Source of the DNA: an uncultured delta proteobacterium
Lineage (GTDB): Bacteria; Myxococcota_A; Polyangia; Fen-1088
Direction of reading: 5' to 3'
Length of the DNA: 64,000 nt
Assembly (NCBI GenBank): GCA_963796685.1
Contig: CAWCMR010000020.1
Location: forward strand, 32,001-96,000
Position numbers and translations under genes: made by a program
Notes under the pieces: generated by a model
Databases searched by the model: none
Seen by the model: the letters and a program-made list of their open reading frames with translations, nothing else
Told to the model about the DNA's origin: nothing
Part shown: positions 1 through 9,387 of the stretch, piece after piece
Position numbering within the stretch: position 1 is the stretch's first letter
Layout of the letters: each line of letters begins with the position of its first letter

Positions 1-2
1 AT

Positions 3-368
3 GGCTACCTTTCCCAGCGCTTGCGCAAGCGCTCCTTGGTGGTGCTCTTCACCGAGGTCATCGACGAGGTCTCGGCCAAGTCCGTGGTGCGCACGGTGCG
101 CAGCCTCGGTCCGCGCCACCTTGCCCTGTGCGTGCTCTTTCGCGACGAGACCCTCGACGCCATGGTGGAGCCCCATCGGCCGCAAGGCGAGGTGAAGACC
201 GCGGATCTGTATCAGCGCGCCGCCGCCGCAGAGGCCATTCTATGGCGCGACCGTCTGGTGCGCGATCTGCAAGAGGCGGGCGCGTTGGTCATGCACGTGT
301 CTCCGCGCAAGCTGACCCCGACCCTCATCAACCGCTACCTGCACATCAAGGCGCAGCGGCTCTTGTAG
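3..368 (+). CDS. DUF58 (MoxR-associated, vWA-like) protein, C-terminal part; 5' end outside window
   Basis: KRSLVVLFT...RHLALCVLFRD...LINRYLHIKAQRLL resembles the typical DUF58 C-terminus. Confidence 0.75.
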   Translation, partial: GYLSQRLRKRSLVVLFTEVIDEVSAKSVVRTVRSLGPRHLALCVLFRDETLDAMVEPHRPQGEVKTADLYQRAAAAEAILWRDRLVRDLQEAGALVMHVSPRKLTPTLINRYLHIKAQRLL

Positions 369-375
369 GAGACGG

Positions 376-810
376 TCAGGCTGCGGGCTTGCCTTCGAGC
401 AAGGTCTTCAGCGCTTGCAGCACCGAGCGCCAGTTGTCCGCCGAATGATCGGCGCGCTTCTGGGTGTCGACGTTGGATTGCTGGATCGTGATGCGCACTC
501 CGTCGCGGACCGGATCGAGGTCGTAGCGGACGATCTGGCGTAGCGCCGGCTTGTCTTCGAGACCGCTGAAGCCGCTCCAGTAGTTGAAGGAGAGGCTCTG
601 CATGGGCTCGAAGGAAAGCACGGTTCCGCGATCTTCGTAGGCCTTGCCCTCCCACTCGCCGCGAAAGAAGAGCGGCGAGCCCACCTTCCAGTCGGTCACG
701 AGATTGGTGCCGAAGAAGTACTGTTTCACGATCTCGGGTTTGGTGATTGCGTCCCAGACGCTCGAAAGCGGCGCCCGGATTTCCAGCGAGGCTGTCGATG
801 TGAATGGCAT
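376..810 (-). CDS. SRPBCC/AHSA1-like domain protein
   Basis: MPFTSTASLEIRAPLSSVWDAIT...YFFGT...DWKVGS...W..VL..LK.LLE; ATG at 810. Confidence 0.85.
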   Translation of the reverse strand: MPFTSTASLEIRAPLSSVWDAITKPEIVKQYFFGTNLVTDWKVGSPLFFRGEWEGKAYEDRGTVLSFEPMQSLSFNYWSGFSGLEDKPALRQIVRYDLDPVRDGVRITIQQSNVDTQKRADHSADNWRSVLQALKTLLEGKPAA

Positions 811-942
811 GGGCCAAGCCTGACAGAACCGAAGCCAGGTGTCGAAGAGGTGTCGAAGCCGCGTTGCATAGCCGGCGGTCGGCGAGGATCGGCGAGGACC
901 GGCCAGGATGGCAGGCCACGGTCGCCGAGCTACACTTCGGCC

Positions 943-1791
943 ATGACCGTCGTCTCGCAGTCGCAAGAGGTGCAGGGCGTATCCGTGCCTTCGTTCTTCT
1001 ACGGCACGGCATGGAAGGAACAGCGGACGCGGGCGCTGGCGGCCATGGCGCTGGAAACGGGCTTTCGTGCCATCGACACTGCCAATCAGCGGCGCCACTA
1101 TTTCGAAGCCGGCGTCGGCGACGCGGTCAAGTCCTTCCTCGCGGCCGGCGCGATTCCGCGCGGCGAGCTGTTCTTGCAGACCAAGTTCACCTCCGCGGCA
1201 GGTCAAGATCGCCGGCTGCCCTACGACAGCCATGCACCCGCCCGCGAGCAGGTCGTGCAATCGCTGCACAGCTCGCTCGAACACCTCGGCACCGCCTACT
1301 TGGATGCCTTTCTCCTGCACGGTCCGTCCACCCGTCGCGGTCTGGCGGACGAAGACTGGGAGGTCTGGCGCGCCATGGAGTCGCTCAAGGTCGAGGGAAA
1401 GACCCGCCTCATCGGGGTCAGCAACGTGTCGGTCGAGCAGCTCGCGCTGCTATTCGAGGGGGCGCGGGTCAAGCCCGCGTTCGTGCAGAATCGTTGCTAC
1501 GCCCGTAGCGGTTGGGACCGGGAAGTGCGCGCCTTTGCCAAGGCACATGACATGGTCTACCAGGGCTTCTCGTTGCTCACGGCGAACGCGCGCGAGATGC
1601 AAGGATTGATCATCAAGGGCAGCGCCGCTCGCCACCGGCGAACCGAGGCGCAGATTGTCTTTCGCTTTGCTCTGCAAGTCGGCATGGTTCCCGTCACCGG
1701 GACCTCCGATTGACGCCACATGCAGGAGGATCTCGACGTATTCGCCTTTGCCCTCGACCCCGACGAGGTGGCGGCCATGGAAGCGGTATGA
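943..1791 (+). CDS. Aldo/keto reductase with an in-frame TGA at 1711-1713
   Basis: YGTAWK, GFRAIDTA, LFLQTKF, YLDAFLLHGP, IGVSN motifs; the same frame continues past TGA as RHMQEDLDVFAFALDPDEVAAMEAV to a stop at 1791. Confidence 0.8.
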
Positions 1792-1822
1792 ATTGCCGTC
1801 GGCCACGGCCACGGTTAGCCGT

Positions 1823-2970
1823 CTAAGGAATGCCTTGCGCGACCAGGCCGGCGGTCCACACGTCGGCCATGGGTTGCGAGCCCGTGGCGTTGGGGTGAAC
1901 GCCATCCGAGGTGTTGGTGGAATTGGGCGTGTAGCTCCCGGCTGGCTGCAGCGCGGCCCAGACGTTCACAACGTAGATCGGCGAAACGGCAGTGCTCTTG
2001 CCGGTGGCCCAGGTCGGGATTTGGGCGTTGAGGGCTTCGACCCGGGCCTCGCAGTCCGTGCAACCGCTGGGATTCATCGGCGTGATCTGGGCGACGAAAA
2101 AGATCACCCCGGGATTCTGACCGCGGAACTGGTCGACCACGAAGCTGTAGGCGCTGGTGATGTCGGCCGGTGCGATGTTGCTCCAGACGTCGTTGGTTCC
2201 GTATTCCATCAGGACGACATCGGGCTTTTCGGCGGCCCACGCCATCAGCTCGGTGAGGCTGCCCTTGTTCTGCGAAGCCTGGGCGTTCGAGGTCAGGTAG
2301 GTCACGAGGTAGCCGCCGTGACCCTCGGTTTGGACGTTGGCCACGCCGTTGCCGCAACTCTGGTTGTTCAGTACGGTACCCACGAAGGTGAAGTCGGTGT
2401 GGCCCTTGTCGATGCAGCTCCTTGGACAGGAGCTTGGGGTAGCACGTGGTGCCGGTGATGGAATCGCCGAGCGGCATGATCTGCCATGTGCCGGCGTGGG
2501 TCGAGCCGCCCGCGCCGGTCGTGCTTGTGGCACCGCCGCTGCCCTTGGATTCCCCCGGTCGTCGTGATGCCGCCGGAGGAACTTGCTCCGCCGGTGGCAC
2601 CACCCGCGTTGCTCGCGCCACCGAAACCTGCGGCACCTCCGGTCGATGAATCGCCGCCCGTGGTGGTCACGCCGCCAGCAGAAATTGCGCCACCGCTCGC
2701 CTTGCTACCGCCCAAGGAGGTCGTGCCACCAGAAGGCGCGACACCGCCTGAGCCGAGGGTGCCACCGTTCGACATTGTCCCACCTCCGCTACCCCCGCTT
2801 GCCTGCGTGCCCCCCGATCCTGTCGCGCCACCCACGTTGGTGGCGCCGCCGCTGCCGGGCGAACCTCCGCTTGCCAGGCCATCGCCGGTTGGTTCGCGGG
2901 TACAGGCGCCAGCGAGCCAGAGCAAGCCCAGGGCAATGAAAGTCCTTTGCAGGCAAGTGTTTCTCGGCAT
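1823..2970 (-). CDS. SGNH/GDSL hydrolase lipoprotein with Gly/Ser/Thr linker; two frameshifts (~2550, ~2414)
   Basis: Lipobox LAGAC; motifs IMPLGDSIT, EGHGG, GTND, DGVHPN are spread over three reading frames. Confidence 0.8.
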
Positions 2971-3048
2971 ATCGGCACCTTTTTCAAGCCTAACGCCCGC
3001 GTGAAGGCTTGTCATTCTCCATCCAGATTCTGGTGAGATTCTGGTGAG

Positions 3049-3077
3049 CTTACAATTTCTAGGCCGCGGCGTATAAT
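3049..3077 (+). promoter_or_regulatory. Putative sigma70-type promoter of the Cys-rich gene
   Basis: CTTACA-N17-TATAAT, with AGGAG before the ATG at 3119. Confidence 0.5.
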
Positions 3078-3118
3078 GGCGCCGGTCTCCCCCCGCCAAC
3101 GTTCTTAGGAGCTTAGCC

Positions 3119-5351
3119 ATGAAGAAGAATGTGCGTTCCGGATTGCATCTCGTCTCGGTGCCGGTCGGTTTGGTCCTCGCCTTCTTCATCCTTCAAGGCT
3201 GCAAGGGATCGACCAGCTCGCCGCCGTCCGGCGGAACGGGTGGCGATCCTCCAGCGTTGGGTGGCGGGGGCGAAGCGAGCAGCGCCACAGGAGGCGGAGG
3301 CAGCGGCGGCGTGAGCAGCGGCGGCTTGGGCACCGGTGGGGTCATCGGAACAGGGGGCAACACCGGCAAGGGCGGATCGGGTTCAGGCGGCGCGGGCAAG
3401 GGAGGCTCCGGCGGGACCACCGTCGTCGGAACCGCGTGCGGTGGTCCGGGACAGATCTGCTGCTCCGGCAACAGTTGCCGGAACAACGGCTGTTGCGCCT
3501 CCAATATCTGCGTTGCCGATGGCGCCTCGTGCCTGCCTCTGCCGGGAACCTGCAGCGCCGGCTCATGTAACACCGGGGCCTGCGGCGGCCCGGGCAAACC
3601 CTGTTGCCCGACGGGAACCAGTACGAGCGCAAGCTACTGTAGCGCTCCGGGCACGAAGTGTGTCTCCGGCATTTGTGGCTTGTGCGGAAACAACGCCGGC
3701 GATACCTGCTGCTACACCACGCCCGCCTCCTCGAGCAGCAGCACGACGACCGTGTGCCTGGGCAGCGGTTTGGTTTGCAGCAGCACATCTTCTTCGAGCG
3801 GTGTCTGTGCCACCTGCGGAACGCCGGGCAGCCCCTGCTGTCCGGGCAGCAAGTGCAGCGGCAATGCCTGCTGTTACAATGAACAATGCGTGGCCGAATC
3901 GGCGTCTTGCGGGCCCACGACGGCGGGGACCGGCGGGACGACCGGCACGAACCCCGGCGTGTGCGCGGCGGGGAAGTGTGCCGGCTGCGGCGCCTCGGGA
4001 CAGCCGTGCTGCGGCTCCACCACACCCAGCTGCGGCGCCGGCCTTTCCTGTCGCAACAGCGTCTGTTCGTCCTGCGGCGACCCGGGTGAGACGTGCTGTC
4101 CCGGCAGCAACGGCACGGATCGGTGCGTGGCTGGCTCGGTGTGCAACTCCACGTCGTCCACGGGTCTGTGCGCCCTGTGCGGTACCCCGGGTGCGCCTTG
4201 TTGCCCGGGCAATACTTGCAGCAGCGGTTGCTGCTTCAACGGCAGTCTGCCTGGCCGACGGCTCCAGCTGCAGCACCAGCTCGAGCTACACCTACGGTTC
4301 GTGTACTTCCGGGCGCTGCACCTGCGGTAACGCGGGCGAGCCGTGCTGCCCGACCAGCACCTTCCCGACCAGCACCGGCTGCGCGACCTATGACCTGAGC
4401 TGCACGGGCTCCGTCGGGTACAGCTCCTCGGTGTGCGCCGCCTGCGGCAAGACCGGTGGTCCATGTTGCGCGGGCAGCACTTGCACGGACGCCGGCACCC
4501 AGTGCCTGTCCGACAGCTCGACCGGCCTTTACACCTGCAAGCAGTGCGGAGGGACGGGCCAGCCGTGCTGCTCGACATCCTCGTTGTCCACGGCCACCGC
4601 GTGCAAGGATCCCACCAACCAGTGCTTGTACAACAGCTCGACCGGCAACTACACCTGCAGAACCTGCGGGGCCTTGGGTGAGACCTGCTGCTCGACCTCC
4701 TCGTCGTCCACCACCCCCGCGTGCAAGGATGCAACCGCGGCCTGCGACAGCTCGACGAGCATTTGCCAGGTGTGCGGCTCCGCCGGCGGCCCTTGTTGCG
4801 CCAACAATACGTGTAATGACGCCAACGCGATCTGCAAAAGCTCGCGCTGCACCGTGTGTGGCACGCCGGGCACCACGACCTCGACGGCAAGCCCGTGCTG
4901 TGCGGGCAACGCCTGCACGGGCGGGTGCTGTGTTACCCGCTACAGCACGACGTTCTCGTCCGGCAATCAAGTGTGCATGGCCGCCGGCGTAGCCTGCGAC
5001 ACCCTCTATTCAAGCACGACCAACCCCGTGTGCGACGTGACCACGGTGGCTGGCGGCTCGTGTACGGGCGGCACCCCGACCACGGCTTGCGGCGGCCTCG
5101 GCCAAGCCTGTTGCGTTTCGAGCTACTCTTCTTCGACGAGCTACTACTACTGTGGCGCCCCGGGCAGCCGTTGTATTTCCAGCACCTCATCAACCACGGG
5201 TAGCACGCAGTACCTGTGCACCGCGTGCGGCGACAAGGGCCAGCGCTGTTGCACCGATTCGTCGAGCTCGACCACCAGCTCGGCGATAGGTTGCAAGTCT
5301 CCCTACCTGTGCGCTTACGACTCGAGCACCGGATACTACTACTGCAACTAG
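3119..5351 (+). CDS. Large Cys-rich repeat lipoprotein (about 15 CGxxGxxCC units); frameshift ~4244
   Basis: Lipobox ILQGC and Gly linker; repeats continue from ORF 3119..4330 into ORF 3336..5351. Confidence 0.8.
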
Positions 5352-5408
5352 TAGGGCCGAAGACGTAGCTGGAACAAACGCCCCTCGGGCGAGAGCCGAG
5401 GAACATCT

Positions 5409-5427
5409 ATGGTAGAATCCGTACCAT
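5409..5427 (+). promoter_or_regulatory. Palindromic operator over an extended -10 box of vapBC
   Basis: ATGGTA-N7-TACCAT overlapping TGnTAGAAT and the start codon. Confidence 0.55.
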
Positions 5428-5677
5428 GAACGTTACCATCGATTCTGCCGGACGCCTCGTGGTGCCCAAGGCCATTCGCGACGAGGCAGAGCTACGACCC
5501 GACATGCCGCTCACCATCAGGTGCCGCGACGGCCGCATCGAGATCGAGCCAGCCGCCCAGCCGGTGACCCGCGTGAAGAAAGGCCGCGTGGCGGTGGCGT
5601 TGGCCGCGAGCGCGCCTAACTTGTCGGCCGGAATCGTGCGACGCACGCAGCAGCGGTTGCGAGGGCGCCGGGCGTGA
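5426..5677 (+). CDS. vapB: AbrB/MazE/SpoVT-family antitoxin (VapB)
   Basis: TIDSAGRLVVPKAIR AbrB motif; overlaps the PIN gene by GTGA. Confidence 0.85.
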   Translation: MNVTIDSAGRLVVPKAIRDEAELRPDMPLTIRCRDGRIEIEPAAQPVTRVKKGRVAVALAASAPNLSAGIVRRTQQRLRGRRA

Positions 5678-6105
5678 TTCGGGAAGCCGTCGATACCAGC
5701 GTGGTCGTTGCCGCCCTGCTTGGCTGGCACGAGAGCCATGAGGCGGCGCGGAAGGCGTTGGAACGCGGACTCACGGCCGAGCGTCTCGTCCTGCCGGCAC
5801 CAACGCTCATCGAGGCCTACGCCGTCATGACACGTTTGCCATCCCCGCATCGGCTGAGCCCGGCGGATGCTGGCGCGCTCTTGCGCGACACCTTCGCAGG
5901 GGTAGACACGGTTGCCCTTGATGGCAGCGAGGTCTGGCGGCTCATCGACGATCTCGAGACGACCCAAGTCGCTGGCGGCCGCAGCTACGACGGGCACATT
6001 CTGGCGTGTGCGCGCAAAGCGGGTGCCAGAAGGCTGCTGACCCTGAACGAACGCGACTTCCACGCGCTGGGGGATGCCGCCATCGAAATCGTTCGGCCAG
6101 AGTAG
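5674..6105 (+). CDS. vapC: PIN-domain toxin (VapC)
   Basis: VDTSVVVA, E, YDGHI, LLTLNERDF PIN motifs. Confidence 0.9.
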   Translation: MIREAVDTSVVVAALLGWHESHEAARKALERGLTAERLVLPAPTLIEAYAVMTRLPSPHRLSPADAGALLRDTFAGVDTVALDGSEVWRLIDDLETTQVAGGRSYDGHILACARKAGARRLLTLNERDFHALGDAAIEIVRPE

Positions 6106-6138
6106 CGCCGCCTTCGCAAAGCCGTCGTTTCCCAAGTC

Positions 6139-6316
6139 CTACTGGCAGGTGAGCTCGAGCATGGTTCCTGGCGTCAGCGCATCGGCGCCGATGGTCTGTA
6201 CGAGATACTCGCCTGTCGCACAGGGCGCCGCGTCCGCAGTCACGGTGTAGCATGGCGCCATCGGGGCATTGTCATCGCAGACGGGGACCACGTTTGCTCC
6301 CTGCGAGTAGCCCATG
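6139..6316 (-). pseudogene. Possible C-terminal remnant of a secreted Cys-containing protein
   Basis: VVPVCDDNAPMAPCYTV...C...LELTCQ; no signal peptide or N-terminal domain. Confidence 0.3.
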
Positions 6317-6324
6317 CCTACTTT

Positions 6325-6717
6325 ATGACGATGCCTCTCTTTCCTGGGGCCGTAGGGCATCCTATCCTAGAATCTCTGCCATGGAGAGACCCTGATGGAG
6401 TCACGGACGCGCGACCGTGGTCGCGGCTTTTTCGACGGAGTGTCGGCCTCGTTTGGTGTGGTGCTCGCGTGTCGCGCATGCTTGGCGCACCGGAACTGCA
6501 AGCGTTCAGCAAGCTTGGGGGCAGGGCGAAGGTCCCGCCGTTTGTCTTCATCGCCAGCTCCGGAGACAAAGAGCTGCAGGTGGAAGCGAGACCATTCGAA
6601 GCGGTGGCGGTATTGGAGAAGCCGATCGACATGGCCAATCTCCGCGATCTTGTGAACAGTTTTCTGCATCATCCTACCGGGGAACGTGGCGGTCTGCCGG
6701 CGAATACCCGTGGCTGA
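6325..6717 (+). pseudogene. Degenerate receiver-domain fragment
   Basis: PPFVFIASSGD...AVAVLEKPIDMANLRDLV resembles the C-terminal half of REC; no acidic pocket. Confidence 0.4.
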
Positions 6718-6898
6718 GAAGGGGAGAATTGCCCGGTCCATTGGGAAATAGTCCCGACGCCTGTTGCGATGGCACATCGCATTCCGCCTGTTTCCGCCAA
6801 TCCCGCTCAAACTGAAAGCGCGTGACGACGGGTACAGGCCATGTCGGCGACGATCCGCGATGGCAACGCTCGGAGGAAACCTCGGGGCAGTAGGAAGG

Positions 6899-8002
6899 TT
6901 ACTTGGTGGGCAGCGCGACGGGACCGGCCCCGGCGATGAGCACGCGCTCGATCTCGCCCGCCGGGCCGCTGGCGCCGCCGGACTTCCATCGCTGCAGCGT
7001 GTGCCCGCTGGTATTCAACACGACGAGCTCGCTGCCGGTAGCCACCCACACCCGCCCCGACGAGTCGACGGCGATGTCGTTGATTCCGTTCGTGGAGATG
7101 GCTTCGCTCGTGCTCGCGTCGCCCGCTCCGTCGAGGCGGGCGATGACGATGGCCCTGCCGTCGGCGCTCGTGCCGGCAAGCAGGTTGGCTGCCCCCGCGC
7201 TTTGCAAATGGGCTTTGTCCGCGCGCCAGTGCGAGGGCTGCCAACCCGCTTCCGTGAACACGAAGCAGCCCGCGAGGTAGCAGGCGATCAACCCTGGTTT
7301 CGAGACGAGCAAGGAGAGCGGAAAGGCAGGCGCCGACTTTGTCTCGGTGTCGGCCTGGTCGTTCTCGGACACTGCGGGCGAATCGAGTCGGGTCCACCTA
7401 CCACCCGTCACGCGCCAAAGGCCGTTCCAACTCGCCACCCATACCGCGCGTCCGTCGGTCACGATGTCGAGCAGACGGTTGTCGTCGAAGGCGCCCGCGA
7501 GGCTGTTGCGGGTGCGAGTGGTCTTCCAGCGGATGCCGTCGTAGCGCACGACGCTGCCGTGGTCGTCGTTGATGGTCCACACGTCGGTGGGCGAGCGGAT
7601 GGCCAGCTTGGCGAAGCTCTCATGGTTGAGGGTGACCGCCTTTCCATGGACGATTCGCACCACGCCCTCGCCGCGCAAGCTTGCCCACAGCATGCCTTCG
7701 CCGTCGAGCTGCATGTCGCGCAAGGTGGCCTGCGTCTTCAGGACCGTGGATATCTCGCCGTTCCGCAGGCGCTGGATGCCGACGCCTTTCACGAAGACAT
7801 AGGCGGCGTCCGTATGTTCGTCGACTGCCACCTCGGGCGCGGCGTCTGCAACCGCGGGCCGCGGGGCCGAGCTCTTGCGCTTGGACTGCGACTTGCCGTG
7901 GCTGCTCGACATGGCCCCGAAGAGCCCGACGGCGACCACCAGCAGCCCAAGCGAAACCCTCGGACCAGGTTGGCCGCGTCGACGGTGCTCGCTCCTCCAC
8001 AT
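6899..8002 (-). CDS. Secreted/anchored beta-propeller-like protein
   Basis: N-terminal hydrophobic segment; repeated blades such as INDIAVDSSGRVWVAT and DGRAVWVASWNGLW. Confidence 0.65.
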   Translation of the reverse strand: MWRSEHRRRGQPGPRVSLGLLVVAVGLFGAMSSSHGKSQSKRKSSAPRPAVADAAPEVAVDEHTDAAYVFVKGVGIQRLRNGEISTVLKTQATLRDMQLDGEGMLWASLRGEGVVRIVHGKAVTLNHESFAKLAIRSPTDVWTINDDHGSVVRYDGIRWKTTRTRNSLAGAFDDNRLLDIVTDGRAVWVASWNGLWRVTGGRWTRLDSPAVSENDQADTETKSAPAFPLSLLVSKPGLIACYLAGCFVFTEAGWQPSHWRADKAHLQSAGAANLLAGTSADGRAIVIARLDGAGDASTSEAISTNGINDIAVDSSGRVWVATGSELVVLNTSGHTLQRWKSGGASGPAGEIERVLIAGAGPVALPTK

Positions 8003-8022
8003 CGCGGCAGTATATACCTATC

Positions 8023-8337
8023 GAAATGGGAACCCTGGGAGGGTTCCCAACCCCTCCCGCGCTCTGGCTTCGCCGGGCAAAGCCCGGCTCCGCCTACGCG
8101 GTAATGGGAACCCTGGGAGGCTCGGCACCCGCCAGCCCGCCCTACCACCCCCGCGCTACGCGCGGCCTCGCCAACCCCTCCCGCGCTCTGGCGGAGGCGC
8201 GAGGGGCGCGTCCGAAGGACGCGAGGGGGAGGGCGTGGAGGTGTAGGTCCCGAAGCACCGACGAAGTCGGTGGGCAAAGCCCGGCTCCGCCTACGCGGTA
8301 ATGGGAACCCTGGGAGGCTCGGCACCCGCCAGCCCGC
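8023..8337 (+). repeat. REP-like structured repeat cluster (interrupted by transposon)
   Basis: Three ATGGGAACCCTGGGAGG starts and multiple hairpins; homologous to 13318-13430, 23554-23949 (reverse) and 29478-29555. Confidence 0.9.
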
Positions 8338-8461
8338 GGCTTTGCCCAATGATTGAGCTTGACGCAGGAATTGCTGGGCAGGCGGGGGAATTATTGGGCA
8401 GACGTGATGCTGAACGGATGACGCGTAGCTGTGACTGGCGGGTGGGCGGTAGGGTTGAGCC

Positions 8462-9115
8462 ATGGTGGACATCTACGGCTTCCTGGTCGCCGTCCTCGAC
8501 CATTGGATCGGACTCATGAGCGGCATAGTCGCGCTTGTGTTCGCAATATGGCTTGACCGTACCAAACGGGCGTCAATTCCATCAAAGGTCTTCTGGGGAA
8601 TCGGAATCCTGTGCATTTTTGGAGCTTTCTATCAGACCTGGAAAGACGAGCATGTTGCACGTCTCAAAGCAGATGACGGTCCAAGGCTGGTCGGAGAATT
8701 ATCTGCCTTCTTTGAGTTTGGACCTGGAGAGTTGGACGGTGGGCCGGTAGTGGCTGTTTTGATGAAAATACGTAACCTCGGAACTCCAAGCAGCGCGGAC
8801 GCCTACCGGGTTTCCTTCAAGCTAGGTAACGCGGAGCGAACCATGGATATTGTCGTTGGTGATTCGCAAGAGAAGGTTGTTACGACCTTGAAGTCACGAG
8901 GATACAGGTCGACAGCAATGGACGTGGCTCTTCCCCTGCATTTTCCCGCAATCCAGCGAGGAGAAACGCTGAGCGGATACATCCTGGTCACGACCGGAGA
9001 GCTGACAAAAACAGAATTTGAGCAAGGCGAGCTGACGGTCGGATTCCGAGACGTCCTTGGACAACGGCATTTTGCGTCTGGCTCTTATCGAACCATGGCA
9101 AAACTCGGGCCGTGA
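8462..9115 (+). CDS. Hypothetical membrane protein (transposon cargo)
   Basis: 217 aa; two N-terminal hydrophobic helices, then a soluble beta-rich region. Confidence 0.7.
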   Translation: MVDIYGFLVAVLDHWIGLMSGIVALVFAIWLDRTKRASIPSKVFWGIGILCIFGAFYQTWKDEHVARLKADDGPRLVGELSAFFEFGPGELDGGPVVAVLMKIRNLGTPSSADAYRVSFKLGNAERTMDIVVGDSQEKVVTTLKSRGYRSTAMDVALPLHFPAIQRGETLSGYILVTTGELTKTEFEQGELTVGFRDVLGQRHFASGSYRTMAKLGP

Positions 9116-9382
9116 CTACGTTGGTCCTCTCCCGCAGTGCGGGCACGTCCCCTTGACCGGGTACTTCCCAGCGAGCAGGTCGTCCATCCCGACTCCGGCA
9201 AGGCGCGCTACCCGCACCATCATGGATGCGCTCACAGGGTCGTGGCCTAGGAGAACGCCGCGCATGCTCTCGTAGGTGAAGTGCAGGGCCTTGGCAAGCA
9301 GGTCGATCTTGCCGAAGCGAATCCGCAGGAAGCGGAGCGCTACCCGAACATTCCGTTGCTCCTCTGGCGTGAGGTCGCTCAT
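9116..9382 (-). CDS. Small XRE/Cro-like HTH protein with CPHCG tail
   Basis: MSDLTPEEQRNVRVAL...LAKAL...VARLAGVGMDDLLAG...CPHCG; starts 5 bp after the transposase stop. Confidence 0.7.
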   Translation of the reverse strand: MSDLTPEEQRNVRVALRFLRIRFGKIDLLAKALHFTYESMRGVLLGHDPVSASMMVRVARLAGVGMDDLLAGKYPVKGTCPHCGRGPT

Positions 9383-9387
9383 GCCGC

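Noticed and set aside
1711-1713. Selenocysteine or genetic-code reassignment
   Set aside because: Not a catalytic Cys position as far as I can tell, no convincing SECIS, and TGA terminates many other genes here.
8026-8337. Repeat-encoded peptides (MGTLGG...)
   Set aside because: These ORFs arise from the ATGGGAACC repeat start, lack an RBS and do not keep frame between copies.
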